Positions 13,070 to 25,225 of a stretch of DNA of 64,000 nucleotides are shown here, in pieces (positions within the stretch are counted from its first letter, which is position 1; each line of letters opens with the position of its first letter). The position numbers were made by a program, and so were the translations under genes. Source of the stretch: Paraphysomonas bandaiensis (taxonomy: Eukaryota > Protista > Chrysophyceae); the NCBI GenBank assembly GCA_965644295.1, contig CBFFRP010000291.1, forward strand, positions 62,001 through 126,000, given 5' to 3'. The notes beneath the pieces are model-generated. The model did not search any database. It was given only the letters and a program-made list of their open reading frames with translations, and had not been told where the DNA came from.

Positions 13070-16000
13070 TCACTCCGTCGATATCCTTCCATATACATTA
13101 TCTGTTTCTATTTTTCTGAATGTGATTTTCTAGTCTCCACCATCGTATCTTGCGATGTAGAGCTCGCACTACCGACTGACGGTCGCTTTTTCTTTGGTGT
13201 AGAACTCTACGTACACCACATTACCTACACATATGCGATTATGCACACGAGCCTTACCCTAGAGGACCCAAATGAAATTTGCTCAACCTCAAGCAGATGG
13301 TACTCTACACCATCACACAGCCTTAGAGGATTAGACGCTGGGCCGATCCCAGGGTGGGGGTCGTCCTTGGATGCAATCTTCGTCTCAACGTATATTATCT
13401 TACCCAGTATGTACCCTGGGTTACGGTTATCTGATGTCTTGAAGTTACGCAGAGAATCCTGATACATAAAAGTAGATGAATCAGTTTAAAATTTAATAGA
13501 TACAAAAACCAAGAACCTGTGAGAGGTATCTATTGGGGCATTTGGCTTTTGAAAAGGCAAGGTAGACATCTTGTTTACTACACACAGAGAACAGTTAGTC
13601 TTATCGTAAAGTCTTCACAACATAGACTCACTTCGTCGGAAGAAACAAAGCGATATCCCCCAATTCAAATGATAGAAAGGATATTGTGGGAACGGTGGGG
13701 CGCGCAGTGGGCGGTACTACTGGAGGGGTGTCCCGCAGACGCTCCAACGTAGTATCCGGTTGTTCAGAATCATTTCCACCTTTCAACATTCGTACCTAAC
13801 AATCGATATTTAAAATAAATAAATACTACCACGGGGCAATCACCTTCTCGTTAAATGCATGCTGGGCCCGTCTTATGCTGCCATTCACTCGTTCAATCAC
13901 GTCGAGTGCCTGTATTAGAATCATGAGTTTTCATGCAATCATAAGAACAAATGATGATTACATCACGCACCTCTGATAGTCTAAAGTCAACATTAGGTGA
14001 GTCCTCATCTCCAGCTCTCATAACGGGTTCAGTAATCTCATGTGTGTGTGTAGAGGCCACGGTATCAATAATACCATACAAATCCTCAAGCAACCGTGAG
14101 AGAATGGTCTCTAACGAGGAAGGAGCAACTAATTGTGATGACGACACATTAGACAATCCTTTCTCTTCCTCGGTTCTAGAAGCCAACATCCGGCGAAGAT
14201 GCCGGTTTTCGAGCTCCAGTTGCTGCATTCATTTGCGTTAAACAAATTACAAGTACAGTACAATATTACACCCATAAAATCACTGGGAGAAATATGGTGT
14301 ACACATACATACCTTTATTCTATCTTCTGTACTGGCCGGCGGTTCGCCCTGATTGGCTGATATCACAGGATCAAGTATCTCGATATGTTCGGCAGAAGCA
14401 ACAGAGGATTGCTCGCGCCCATGGCGTGCTTCCGCCCCAACATCACCAGACGACATGCTTGACGTGAGACTATCAGTATTCCGTCCTTTCATGGTGTTCT
14501 CGTCACCACCGAACACACCAAGCTCCTGTAGTGCCGCAACATCTTCATGATAAACGTCCGGAAGATGTTGCCTCTACAATACCGTACCATAAATACAAAG
14601 TACAGAAAAAGTCCACCATTACTACCTCTGTCACAGTGGCGGTGAAGTACGGAGGCTTCTCCACTAGAGAAGGGACAATGTCAAAGAATAGTGGTGGTAA
14701 ACACGATCCCAACGTTGCCATGAAATCTTCACGGCGCCTATATGACAACATTTACTACAGTTAAGATATTCAGCATTGACATTATCACATACTTAGTCTC
14801 AACTCCTCGAAAAGCTGATATTCTGTCCACAGATTCTTTGACAAGGGACTCGAATTCCTAGAAAACACACTTTTAATTCACCTACCACGTGTGCACAGTA
14901 ACTTCTTTACCTCTGTATACTTTTTGCGGCGAATGACTTCGTAAAGAAAATCTCTATATGCTTCAGGAAGCGACTGAATGCGCTCAAGGTGTTGAAAATA
15001 GCCATTATGACCTTGTCGCCATTTTTTCATCAGTTCCAATCCTTTCTTTAGCTTAAACTGTATATCTGTTTGAATGACTGCCACCTGTCTCATCACCCGG
15101 TAGACCTCACTAAAGAACAGCATAATAAGAAATTCCAGGTCTTAACAACATTTATATACAACTAAAATCACCTGGTAAGCTTATTCTTTGCGCCAGCAAT
15201 GACGTCTTTGTCTCTCATGATGTCTTTACATCTCATCTCCATTGGGTGTAAAACATCAACCTCCTATGGGCGGGAACATTTCATCACACACTTACACATA
15301 TATATACCAACCAAATTTAACATGCCATGCACACACCTGCTTACGAGCCCCTGATGCAAGACTTTTCACTAGCGCTGTTGATTCGTCTTCGGTGGCTTCC
15401 TCTATAGATAATGAGCCTGAGCCGCTCCCCAGCTGCCCAGATATCATTGTCCGATCCACGATGGATGATATGCTCTCATTCACATTACGATACGACTCTC
15501 GAAGTTCTCGCATACAAGTCTTCTGTGTTTCAACGCGCGACTCAATACTTTCTACCATCTTCACGAGCACAGGCATGTCATCCCGGACATTCGAAACGTC
15601 CACCGCTCTCAAAGCCTCTGTCACCCTTTCGAAAACCAACTGTAGCTGTACCATGTTTTCTTCGACCTTCTGATGTGCCTGCCGACATTTATCTACCCAT
15701 GCGTGTTCCTTCTCAACAGGTACAGTATCAAGCAGGGTGGTACACTCTACGTCACCCCCCACAAGAGTTGAGCCCTGAAGAGATGGGTGAAGTGGAATAC
15801 GCGAGAGTCGCGACATATTGTGTTCAAAATTATCCAAAAGTGACTTATGGCTTCGCTGCTGGTGACTCAATTTCTGCTGTGCCGCTTCAAAGTTCGATTG
15901 AGTGGTCTTGTAATGGTCAGTGAGGTTACCCACGGCTGCTTCTAAAGCCTGGCACTGGACCTACACACGAAAAACAATTATATTGTTTATGGCAGTCAGC

Positions 16001-16690
16001 AGACACCTACTTTCATCTGGTCAACGCAGCGCCTACAAGACACCGCTGCCTGCTCCGATGTACCTAGAAAAGACTCCCCCCTACGAGAGTTATTATGGAA
16101 GTAATGAAAGGATAGGGAACATACCTTCTTAAGTGAACCAGAAACTGGCGCTCGTAGTCAGGTATCACACGAAGTATAGGTGACGTTGACTCCCCCAATG
16201 ACAACGACATCGGGTTATCTGTCAATTCAGTTAAATATTTTTTGAAGCCAAGAGGACAAAACTAACCAGTTAATTCAGGTTCTGAAATCTCTAGAGGCTT
16301 AAGCCTAACTTCACTCGGTTCCATCGATATGTCAGAGAACAAGCGCCGGTTATATAGAAATATCATCTCATTGTTATCTTGCATATCCGTTGTAAACTAT
16401 AATACACATACATGAGTATGTATTAGTCAGATAGAGGTGATAGAGTATGTCATCTATGATATAATTACATTCGATTCCAAGCGCTTATATGGGGGGCCGA
16501 TTAGTAGGATCTGATCATTAGGAGGGATGCCAGAAAACGTAGAAAGACAGTTGCGAAACACACTGATGCTGTGAGGAGGTGAGGGATAGATAAGAGAGTG
16601 TGTATGGTGTGATTACCTGAAGTCTTGTACATCAATCCTAACAGTGTATATATCTCCTGTTTCAGCGCTACCAACTCGAAACACCAGCAT
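13070..16690 (-). CDS. ATG11: Autophagy scaffold ATG11 / RB1CC1(FIP200)-like, many exons
   Basis: Ubl-like N-terminus MLVFRVGSAETG...SGIPPNDQILLIG...IFLYNRRLF. ATG17-like middle (LSRIPLHPSL, LPEAYRDFLYEVIRRK, LPPLFF). C-terminal claw domain GDIALFLPT...YILGKIIYVE...NPLRLCDGVEYHLLEVE. Confidence 0.88.
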
Positions 16691-18324
16691 CTTAATTGAT
16701 AGGGGGTCTACAGTATGTTCATTCAATGTGTACGATCGGCATTAGATAGTAAACGAGGCGAGGTGGATTCACAACTACTTAATATTTTCGCCACGAGAAA
16801 TTACTCTGCATTTCTCTGTATGTATATATATACAACTACATACATATATATGTATATATCCACATACATCCACTGTACTGCAATACACATACTCTATATA
16901 TACTGTACATACACAGTACATATAGGAGTGTGTGTAGATAGGCAGATAGGACTATGCAGAATATCTCTGAAGAAAGAATATTTACCGTAAGTAAATTTAC
17001 TTTTCTATGTATTTTACAGAGTATTATGAAAAATACAGTGGTATACATAGCCCGAAAAGAATATCTTGAAGGAAAATACCGCATTATTAGGAGTGTCGAA
17101 TAACAAAACCAGGGGTTTTAGACAAGAAAAATTCAATGATAAAAAAGTAAGAAATCATGGATTTTTAGGTATAAAAATTAGCTTTTTGTCAATGTAGTGA
17201 CAAGTGTCGAATTTTCCCGTCTGGATATTCTGATTCAGTGACACACACTGTACAGCAATATAGGTAGGAATTTCCTACTGTATAGACCCCAAATATCGGA
17301 TTTTCCATAAATATTCTGTGAAATATGAGCAATCGTCAGGCCAGATCTGCTGTGGATGTATGATGGCATGTACGCACAGCATATACAGCAGTATGCCTGC
17401 ATGTATATCTTAGAAAGATCCCGAGTGTGTGGTTAGAACAGTCACGTACTGCTAACTGCTGTACATATATATCCACTGATGCATAGAGATGCTATCAGAT
17501 ATATGGATACCAGGATATCGGACCCAGTCCTTTGATGATTGTTGGTTTGACTGTATGAGGTATGATGCTTGTATGGCAGTTTACTATATAACCGCCCGTA
17601 CATATGTAAATGTGTATGTATGAATGTATATGCATATGATATGAGGTTCAGAGGCCCTGTATAGCACCCTAATATTTCCAAATCTCTAATGCTTTGCATA
17701 TTCAGTGTGCTTTCATGTGATGAGTGCTATCTCTGCGTTGAGAGTGATAATATCCTTCTGTGTAACACGCTTTCTGCTCAATTGTTACACATAGCCTGAA
17801 TTATTCAGACCATAATTCAATCGAAAGACATAAATATACAACATGCACATAGTACTACAAGTATGTGAGATATATAGAAGAAATGTAATTCCTGCTTCTA
17901 TCTCCCTTGATACTTTATACGTGGGCTTGTGTAGAATTTTGCGTAGCCCCTATCCCGCCAGAGAAGATTTCTTGTATTTATGTATGAATTACTCAAGTAT
18001 AGTGTAGATCTCCTAATGAGTACTTTCTTGGTATTGAACCCAATAATTCACCGGGGTTCTAACACATACATTGCCTAGTTTAATCGTGTAATATAACCAA
18101 GTACTTACTGCATACTGGTTATCCGATATAGTACCTTGATGACTAACCTTTTATTACTACATAAGTCTAATAGCTAGGATTCATCACGTGTGTAACGGTT
18201 CGCCACAAATAAAACATAATTATACTCATTACATCCATAAGCAACGCGCAGTAAAAATATCGATTTCACACTTGAGAGACATGTATACTAGCTCATCAGG
18301 AAAAACAATGGCCCTTGCTAGTTC

Positions 18325-21300
18325 TCATTGTTCCTGGAGATTGCTCGTTCGAAAGCGTGCTACGCAATTCTCTACATCCTCTATTCGCAGTGGCTTAGGA
18401 AGTACAGAGTTTACCCCAGCATCTTCAAATATCTTGATGTCGTCTGGCATAACGTTTCCAGTAGCGCCTATAATTAGGCCGTCATAACCAGCCTTGCGAA
18501 GTAAATTGGTACAGGTAGGGCCGTCAGTATGTGGCATTATATAGTCCATTAAGATCATGTCATAGCATTTCAACAACTGAACAGGTACTTCTCTAGAACC
18601 ATTGACGTCTGACTCCTCTATGTTATTTAACTCACAGACCTTTTTTAACACGATATTTCCGTCTTCTGCTGTCTCACAAAGAGCACCTCTAGATTCCAGT
18701 ACGCGCTTTACTACTTTTCGAATCATAACTGCGTCGTCGGCGACCAGCACACGCAATCCATTCAACTCACTCGGGGCACATTGGCCTGAAGCAATACTAG
18801 GTGAGGAACGGCGACGAAAAAAGAATCGCTTAGAATTCACTGAATTCTCAGGGTCGTCGCAAAATGACACCTCCGTCTGAGCTTCAGTAAACGACTCCTC
18901 CTCAGACATCTGTCGACGAATGCTTAGTTTAGAGCCAAATATTTTAGTGGGGCGTGTGGTAGGCTGGTAAGTTGATAGTTCAACATAGAAAGTTGATCCA
19001 CTTCCTTCTCCCTCGGATTCAACGCCAATTACGCCTCCGTGAAGCGCGACTATGCCATGGGAAACTGAAGAGAAATGTGAGTAAAGCAAGAATATCAAGT
19101 CTCACACAATTCAGTGCAAATTACAAACAATACAAGTTAGGTAGGTGTATCAGAGAAAGTTATACTCACTCCATAATCCTAGGCCAGATCCCCCTCCATC
19201 TTGTAACACATCAGGAGAAAACTGCACTATTTCTTTGAAAACTTTCTCCTGATTTTCTCGGGAGATGCCAACACCCGTGTCTGTAAACTCAATCCTTACT
19301 CTCCCAAACGGGCAATACTTGTCAATAGATTTCACACTTTTATCAGCGATACCACCATTCAATGATGATTCGTTATGAGTTACAGACACAGAAACGCTTC
19401 CTCCGGAAGGGGTGAATTTCAGAGCATTTGATGCCAAGTTACGCAGCACCTATGCGTATACATTATCGATGATTACACATAGATAAAAATGGAACTAATA
19501 CCTGACTCATTTTATGGCTGTCCACATCGAAAAATATATCCCCAGAGAGTGTGTCAGCACAAATTTCGAACGAAATATTCTTTTGCTTCGCCTATTGCCA
19601 TCCAGAGACGTTAGGAACAAAGTTTACATAGCTACAATGCATCTTGTACCTGCAGAGAAAAAGGACCCATTGCTTTTTCTATGAATGGTACGACGGGCAA
19701 CATGTCGCAATACAGCTCCAAAATGCCAGACTCTAGTTTTTCATACGAGAGTAAATCGTTGACAATTGTAACAGCAATGTCAATAGCTTCCTGACAGTCT
19801 GTCACATTGTTGCGATTCTCATCCGAAACTTCGCTAGAATCAAAGTCTTTCTCAAGTAGATCAAGCCCCAGCTTCGCCACCGTTAGTGGTGTGCGAATCT
19901 CATGACTAAATTAAAGTGATTAGAATAAAAACAATTTAAGCACCAGATATACATACACTTATCTGGTAGTATATGTATATGTACGACTTGTGTAAGATCA
20001 CTTACCTCACATGACGCACAAAAGCTTTTTTTGTTGCAAGCATATTTTCCGCTTGTTCGGCGGATTCTTTTATCAACATCATGGACACTTCTCTCTCGCG
20101 CTCGAGCTGCCGACTCATTGTCGCAAGTCTGTAACCAGACTCAGTCTCAGAATGAATGTGCTCTGATGCAAGAATCATTTTCAAACGACAGTCATGTTTG
20201 GATAGATCGTTCACTGTGACACCCTGATGTGTCATATCAGCCAAGTTCGACACGTTTGGGGTACATAAAAAGGTGGCCACACAATCATCTCTTGAAAACA
20301 ATAACTGGCCAACTAGCTTAAGGTGTGATATGTTGGATTGTAACTCCAATGACTGACCATTACCACGGACCGATGCCACAAAGTCAGTCCAGTTGGTCCA
20401 GCTAGTTTGGGGTTTCTGGAGTGTGAACAAGCGATCGATGCTGAGTCTTTTCAAATCACTTCCCGTGTAATCCTCGAGCAGATGACCAGTTTGAAGAATG
20501 ATTAGTTCACGATTAAAAACTATATGGTATGGAAACACTTCATTAAGTTGCATACCAGATAACCCAAAACTGTATCCAGTTGACTTTCTGTTCGACCTGC
20601 GACTAGCGAGTCGACTTTGAGAACTGCTGATCGAGTGGGGAACATCCAACGACGGAATTTGTATATTTTCTGCAGCAGCTACTTTCACTTGGTCAGCACA
20701 AGACATACACGAGAAAACGGATGACAATGAGCGACTGAAAGACCGTTTCGAGCGGAGTGATGGAGTAGGCACAGCAGATGAAAGGGCTTGAGTAGGAGTA
20801 TTTGGAGCCTGCGATGACTCCGCATAGTCACTGCTTTGACGCAAAAAGAGTCTTGCTCTGTTAGATTCTTCAATGGCCTGTCGCCATATACTCGAGTATA
20901 ATACAGCACTAGAGTTCGAAGTATTCGTATGGCTACTGGTATCACTCATATAGCGGTCTGATAAATTCCGATATGGTTGATAAGAATTTCGACCAGAATT
21001 TCGTCCGGAGTAGTAGCTACTTTGGCGACCAGAGTGAAGACCCTGTCGACCGGAATAACGGTTTGAATCACGACCAGATTGCTCCACTCCCAATTCTTCA
21101 CGAAGCTTTAATCTGTGTAACTGTGACTTACTTTTATGAATATCCGGTACCATTGGCACAACTCCAATTTGTTTAATAGACCACGTTGTATACAATGCAC
21201 CATTAACTCCTTGGGTTTCTATCCTGTCCATTCGAACATCGCACCCAAAGTATTCCTTGGCTGCTTCTGTCACAAGGCCTTGCACTGCAGGAGCAAATCG

Positions 21301-21797
21301 CGCACCTTGTGGACTCTTGTAATGGAGAGTAAGTTCATCTGCCGCCGTTTCTTCGCACCTAATTTCAGGGGGCACGAGTTTCGGCAAAGCACTAGAGATA
21401 TTTTCGTGTAATGCGTTAACATTGCTTAACCACGATAGCAAATCAACACCCAAACAGCGGAGAAGGTTATCATACCCTTCATCTTTCAAATGATGCAACG
21501 TATACTTTCCATACATCTCCAACAATTCAGACTCTCCCACATTGGTTTCTTTAGAGGTTTTCGTAATCAATTCATACGTCCAATCATCTAGCAATACATA
21601 TTAACATCAGCCTTTCATAGTGTCATATTATTACCAGGATAGTACTCATATCGAACCCAATTAGTGCTCGTGATGGCTTCCCATATCTTCACACCTGTTA
21701 GCAGATATTCATGGAACGAACAAAGATTATCATCACTTTACTCACCGAAATTAGCCAATACCATACTCTCAAAGCTGGCATTAATAAGGCCGTACAT
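18325..21797 (-). CDS. H-NOX / H-NOBA / HisKA / HATPase_c / receiver hybrid sensor histidine kinase, multi-exon
   Basis: N-terminus MYGLINASFESMVLANFG|VKIWEAI...YP|DDWTYEL...GYDNLLRCLG..L..WLSNVNALH...PEIRC...LHYKS is H-NOX. FPYHIVFNRELIILQTG, LKLVGQL, FLCTPNV and DLSKHD are H-NOBA. FVRHV|SHEIRTPL is the H-box; NLASNALKFT, DTGVGIS and GGSGLGL are the N, G1 and G2 boxes. VLVADD, ILMDYIMP and LPKPL form the receiver. Confidence 0.9.
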
Positions 21798-22462
21798 GAT
21801 AACTACTTCTATCTTATTAACCAGCTGATCGAGGAAATATAATGACTGATTGACCCGTCTAGACTGGGATTATATTACAACGACATCATTTCATTGTTCC
21901 CTATTCTGTAACCATAAATTAATTGATCCAATAGGGTTTCCCATTCCCGCATTCTTGTCGTTAGTATGTAACATATAGAACTCGTGTGTGTATATATGCA
22001 CAAGGGAATCATGTGAGTGATGAATTCATCGCACTCATTTGATGCGGTGTTTTTCAGTCCATATCATATCACTTCCTCTCACTTTTCATGTATCTGATTG
22101 GATAATATAAAATCCCCTCTAAAGTGTCCTGATGTGTCCTTTTTCAGTCGAAAAAGTATATATTCTAATGTCTCAAAACCCTGCTTTTTTAATATCGCCA
22201 AGGAAATATTTTACGAACTTCCACATAAAATATACCCTCCTTTATGTACTGCTGTATATAGAGAGCGTCCATGTACAGAGTAGGCAGGTACGTATATACT
22301 TATAGGAACGTGTACTGTAGGTAGGTAGGTAGGCAACATACAGCAGTACGAAGCTATGAATTCATAGATTGGAAGTGAAGGGAGGGATATACAGTCCTCT
22401 GATGCGTATATATATGCATGTGATGTCACGGGAGGGCCTCTAGGTGCCTATCTATACAGTCA

Positions 22463-25225
22463 ATGGGCCCTGCTCGTATATACGATTACTTTGATAAATA
22501 TAACATCACTGCTGATCTACTACAGTCATCAGACACTCCTGATGATCGTTTTCAAGCAAAAACATTAATATGGGAATTAGAGGAAGGCTCACCTGCTGCT
22601 CTTGTGCTTCCTCTGCATCGGAAAGTGTGTACGAGACAGTTGCATGTATTGTTTCATAGCCATGTACGCATGGTCTCAAGAGAAGAGGCTACTCGTATAT
22701 CAGGATATGAGATTGGTACTATTCCACCTTGTGGACATGCTACAGAAATGCCAATATACATAGACCGCACTGTTGTTGATGAATCTCCGGGTGTTATATA
22801 TGGAGGGGCGGGAAGGGAGAACTTGGAAATGCGTGTGGCTGTTAGTGAACTACTCAAACTACCTCATGTGAATGTACTAAATTTTACCTCCTTAGAACAG
22901 AGCGACTGTTTAGTACCTTCTTCATCAACATCACGATTATCTAACTCAGTATCCACATCTAATCCTGCTTTCCACTCTGATTGTCCTGCCCCTTCTGTGG
23001 TTAAAACACTATCAGCGCTGCATAAACTCGTCATGAAGCCGTCCCCCGATGTTGCACATATTGTAGAAAAATCGTTGCAGATCAGCGGAATCGACCCCAC
23101 AGCTGTGCTTAGTTCTGGTAAGAACTTGCTTCATATGGCTGCATGGCGGGGAAGTCGTGAAACTGTAGACGTACTTCTATCCAGTGGGTGTGATATCAAT
23201 TCCTTCAGTACAGGAGAAGGAAATTACGGGAAAACGGCTTTATTTTATGCGCTTACACGTTCTCGAGATGACATTGTGTGTTTTTTGCTACAAAAGGGTG
23301 CAAAAGTATGTATAGTGAACAACAAGGGTCAAACCCCCATAACCCTAGCCTACTCCCACTGCTCTTTAGCGGTGCAGCGTCACTTGGACGAGTGTGAAGT
23401 CCGTGAGCTCTCTCGAGGTGATGGGTGGTGGAATTTCTATGCGAGTCACTGGGATGGGCGGCATTATGGAGATACTGATCCTAGGTTTGTGGGGGAAAAT
23501 GCGCCTGTCGGTGCTACGCTTATGCCCGAGTTGGTGCCTGAGGGTGAATTTGAGAACGAATTGCCATTATGCCGATTATATCGCGTCATTCAAGTTGATA
23601 CATCTTCCAGTTGTGGTATTACTATTGGGCAGCGTATATCCCTGCCGCGAAGCTCTCAGCGGACAACTGTTGAATCTCGCCAAAAGAAATTTAAACCCAA
23701 ACCGAATCCAGCCACAACTCTCTCTAAAAGCCGTCCAAAGAAGTCCAAATCAATTGTTTCTAAAACTGAATGCAATACACAAAGTAGTTTACGCATAACC
23801 GGATCATTGAGTTCTTGGAGAGCATGTAAGAATGGCGATATTGTGAGCAAAGTAACCACCAGCACCTCACGTACACTGAGCTCACCTGGTGGGGATATGC
23901 TGACTATACCGTTGTCACATCTATGTGTATCACCGCATGAGCATGGCGACGTGAGCGGAGAAAGTGCCGCTGTGTATGTGGAAGTGGTTATTGACTGCTC
24001 CACAGATATATTTGTTAACAATGTAAGCAGTTCCACCTGTTCTGAAAATATATATGCTGGACAGCGGACACAAGTGTGCACCGTAGATATATTTAATGCC
24101 AAGAGAAATATGGTCGGGTGTGATATTGCTGTGACTGGTCGTGTGGTAGAGCACTGCCGCCTTCGTCAGCATGTACCAGGAAATTTATCATCGTTAGATA
24201 GTTATTTTTGGAGATTAATGATCCGGGCGATAACGGTGGACATCAGTTCTGAGATGGGCACCGAGAATACGCAGAGATGTCGCACGGATGAATCACACCC
24301 GGAAACCTCTGCTGTGCAACTGTTATCATGTGTTTTGCCTTTTCGCCGTCCTGTTCCTGTGCCGAGCACTCCATTTCCTTGGTTTGATGATTGTTCTCCA
24401 CACTGTACGGTACTATGTATTGAGGATGTGTTTTCGTGTACGGAATGTGCAACGTCACGAAAGGGAGAAACTGTGGTGTTTGTTGACGATATGGTTGGCT
24501 TACGTAGAATGAAAGAAGAGTTGTATTCGGAACTGAATAAATCACACATCTGCTTTCCGTATGAGTGCAGGGCTTTTGACAGGTATATGACGCTCTTATC
24601 TGAACATATGGATGTAGCTCTGAGCTCTATACACGAAAACTCATCAACCAAACGTGGCATGATAGTAGGCCTGGATGCTGAATGGAGACCCGACCAAGAT
24701 GGATATTCTAGTCCAGTATCGATTTTACAGATATCTACTCGCGTTGCAGTCTTTATAGTTGATTTGCTGGCCCTGTGTGGAAAACCGGAGAGTGAAATTG
24801 AACTGGAGGATTCGAACACTAGTATTAGCAACGAATCACGTTATTTGAACCACATTCTGACAGATTTCTTTGCTGATGATGACGTTTTAGTTCTTGGCTA
24901 TGGCTTGGAGACTGACATAAGACGAGTGGTTATGTCGTATCCGTTCATGTCTGCATTTCATAGTATCGGTAATGCATTCGATTTACAAGATCACGCCAGC
25001 GAGCGTTTGCATAGTGATCGAAAATTGAATAGAGTTGGAATGCGAATCGGCTTGTCAAACCTAGTTATGCGTACGCTTGGCCTATGCTTAGATAAATCAG
25101 AACAGCTATCTGATTGGCAGTGTCGACCACTCACGAACAATCAGCTGGAGTATGCGGCTCTTGATGCTGCAGTACTTCCACTCCTTTTTGATATACTTCT
25201 ATCATACCATGAGAATAATATGTGA
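22463..25225 (+). CDS. YbaK/ProXp aminoacyl-tRNA editing domain + ankyrin repeats + DEDDy 3'-5' exonuclease (MUT-7/EXD3/WRN-exo-like), single 920-aa ORF
   Basis: YbaK: QAKTL, ISGYEIGTIPPCGH, IYGGAG. Ankyrin: GKNLLHMAAWRG, GKTALFYA, GQTPITLA. Exonuclease: ExoI VGLDAEWRP, ILQIST, ExoII GYGLETDI, and ExoIII LDKSEQLSDWQCRPLTNNQLEYAALDA. Confidence 0.9.
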   Translation: MGPARIYDYFDKYNITADLLQSSDTPDDRFQAKTLIWELEEGSPAALVLPLHRKVCTRQLHVLFHSHVRMVSREEATRISGYEIGTIPPCGHATEMPIYIDRTVVDESPGVIYGGAGRENLEMRVAVSELLKLPHVNVLNFTSLEQSDCLVPSSSTSRLSNSVSTSNPAFHSDCPAPSVVKTLSALHKLVMKPSPDVAHIVEKSLQISGIDPTAVLSSGKNLLHMAAWRGSRETVDVLLSSGCDINSFSTGEGNYGKTALFYALTRSRDDIVCFLLQKGAKVCIVNNKGQTPITLAYSHCSLAVQRHLDECEVRELSRGDGWWNFYASHWDGRHYGDTDPRFVGENAPVGATLMPELVPEGEFENELPLCRLYRVIQVDTSSSCGITIGQRISLPRSSQRTTVESRQKKFKPKPNPATTLSKSRPKKSKSIVSKTECNTQSSLRITGSLSSWRACKNGDIVSKVTTSTSRTLSSPGGDMLTIPLSHLCVSPHEHGDVSGESAAVYVEVVIDCSTDIFVNNVSSSTCSENIYAGQRTQVCTVDIFNAKRNMVGCDIAVTGRVVEHCRLRQHVPGNLSSLDSYFWRLMIRAITVDISSEMGTENTQRCRTDESHPETSAVQLLSCVLPFRRPVPVPSTPFPWFDDCSPHCTVLCIEDVFSCTECATSRKGETVVFVDDMVGLRRMKEELYSELNKSHICFPYECRAFDRYMTLLSEHMDVALSSIHENSSTKRGMIVGLDAEWRPDQDGYSSPVSILQISTRVAVFIVDLLALCGKPESEIELEDSNTSISNESRYLNHILTDFFADDDVLVLGYGLETDIRRVVMSYPFMSAFHSIGNAFDLQDHASERLHSDRKLNRVGMRIGLSNLVMRTLGLCLDKSEQLSDWQCRPLTNNQLEYAALDAAVLPLLFDILLSYHENNM

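Noticed and set aside
18325-21797. Bacterial contamination as the source of the histidine kinase
   Set aside because: It has multiple canonical GT-AG introns, and its composition and intron size match neighbouring eukaryotic genes.
23394-24831. Overlapping and antisense ORFs within long genes (also at 51777-53495, 28996-29633, 56695-57414)
   Set aside because: These are shadow ORFs of real coding sequence with no independent motifs.
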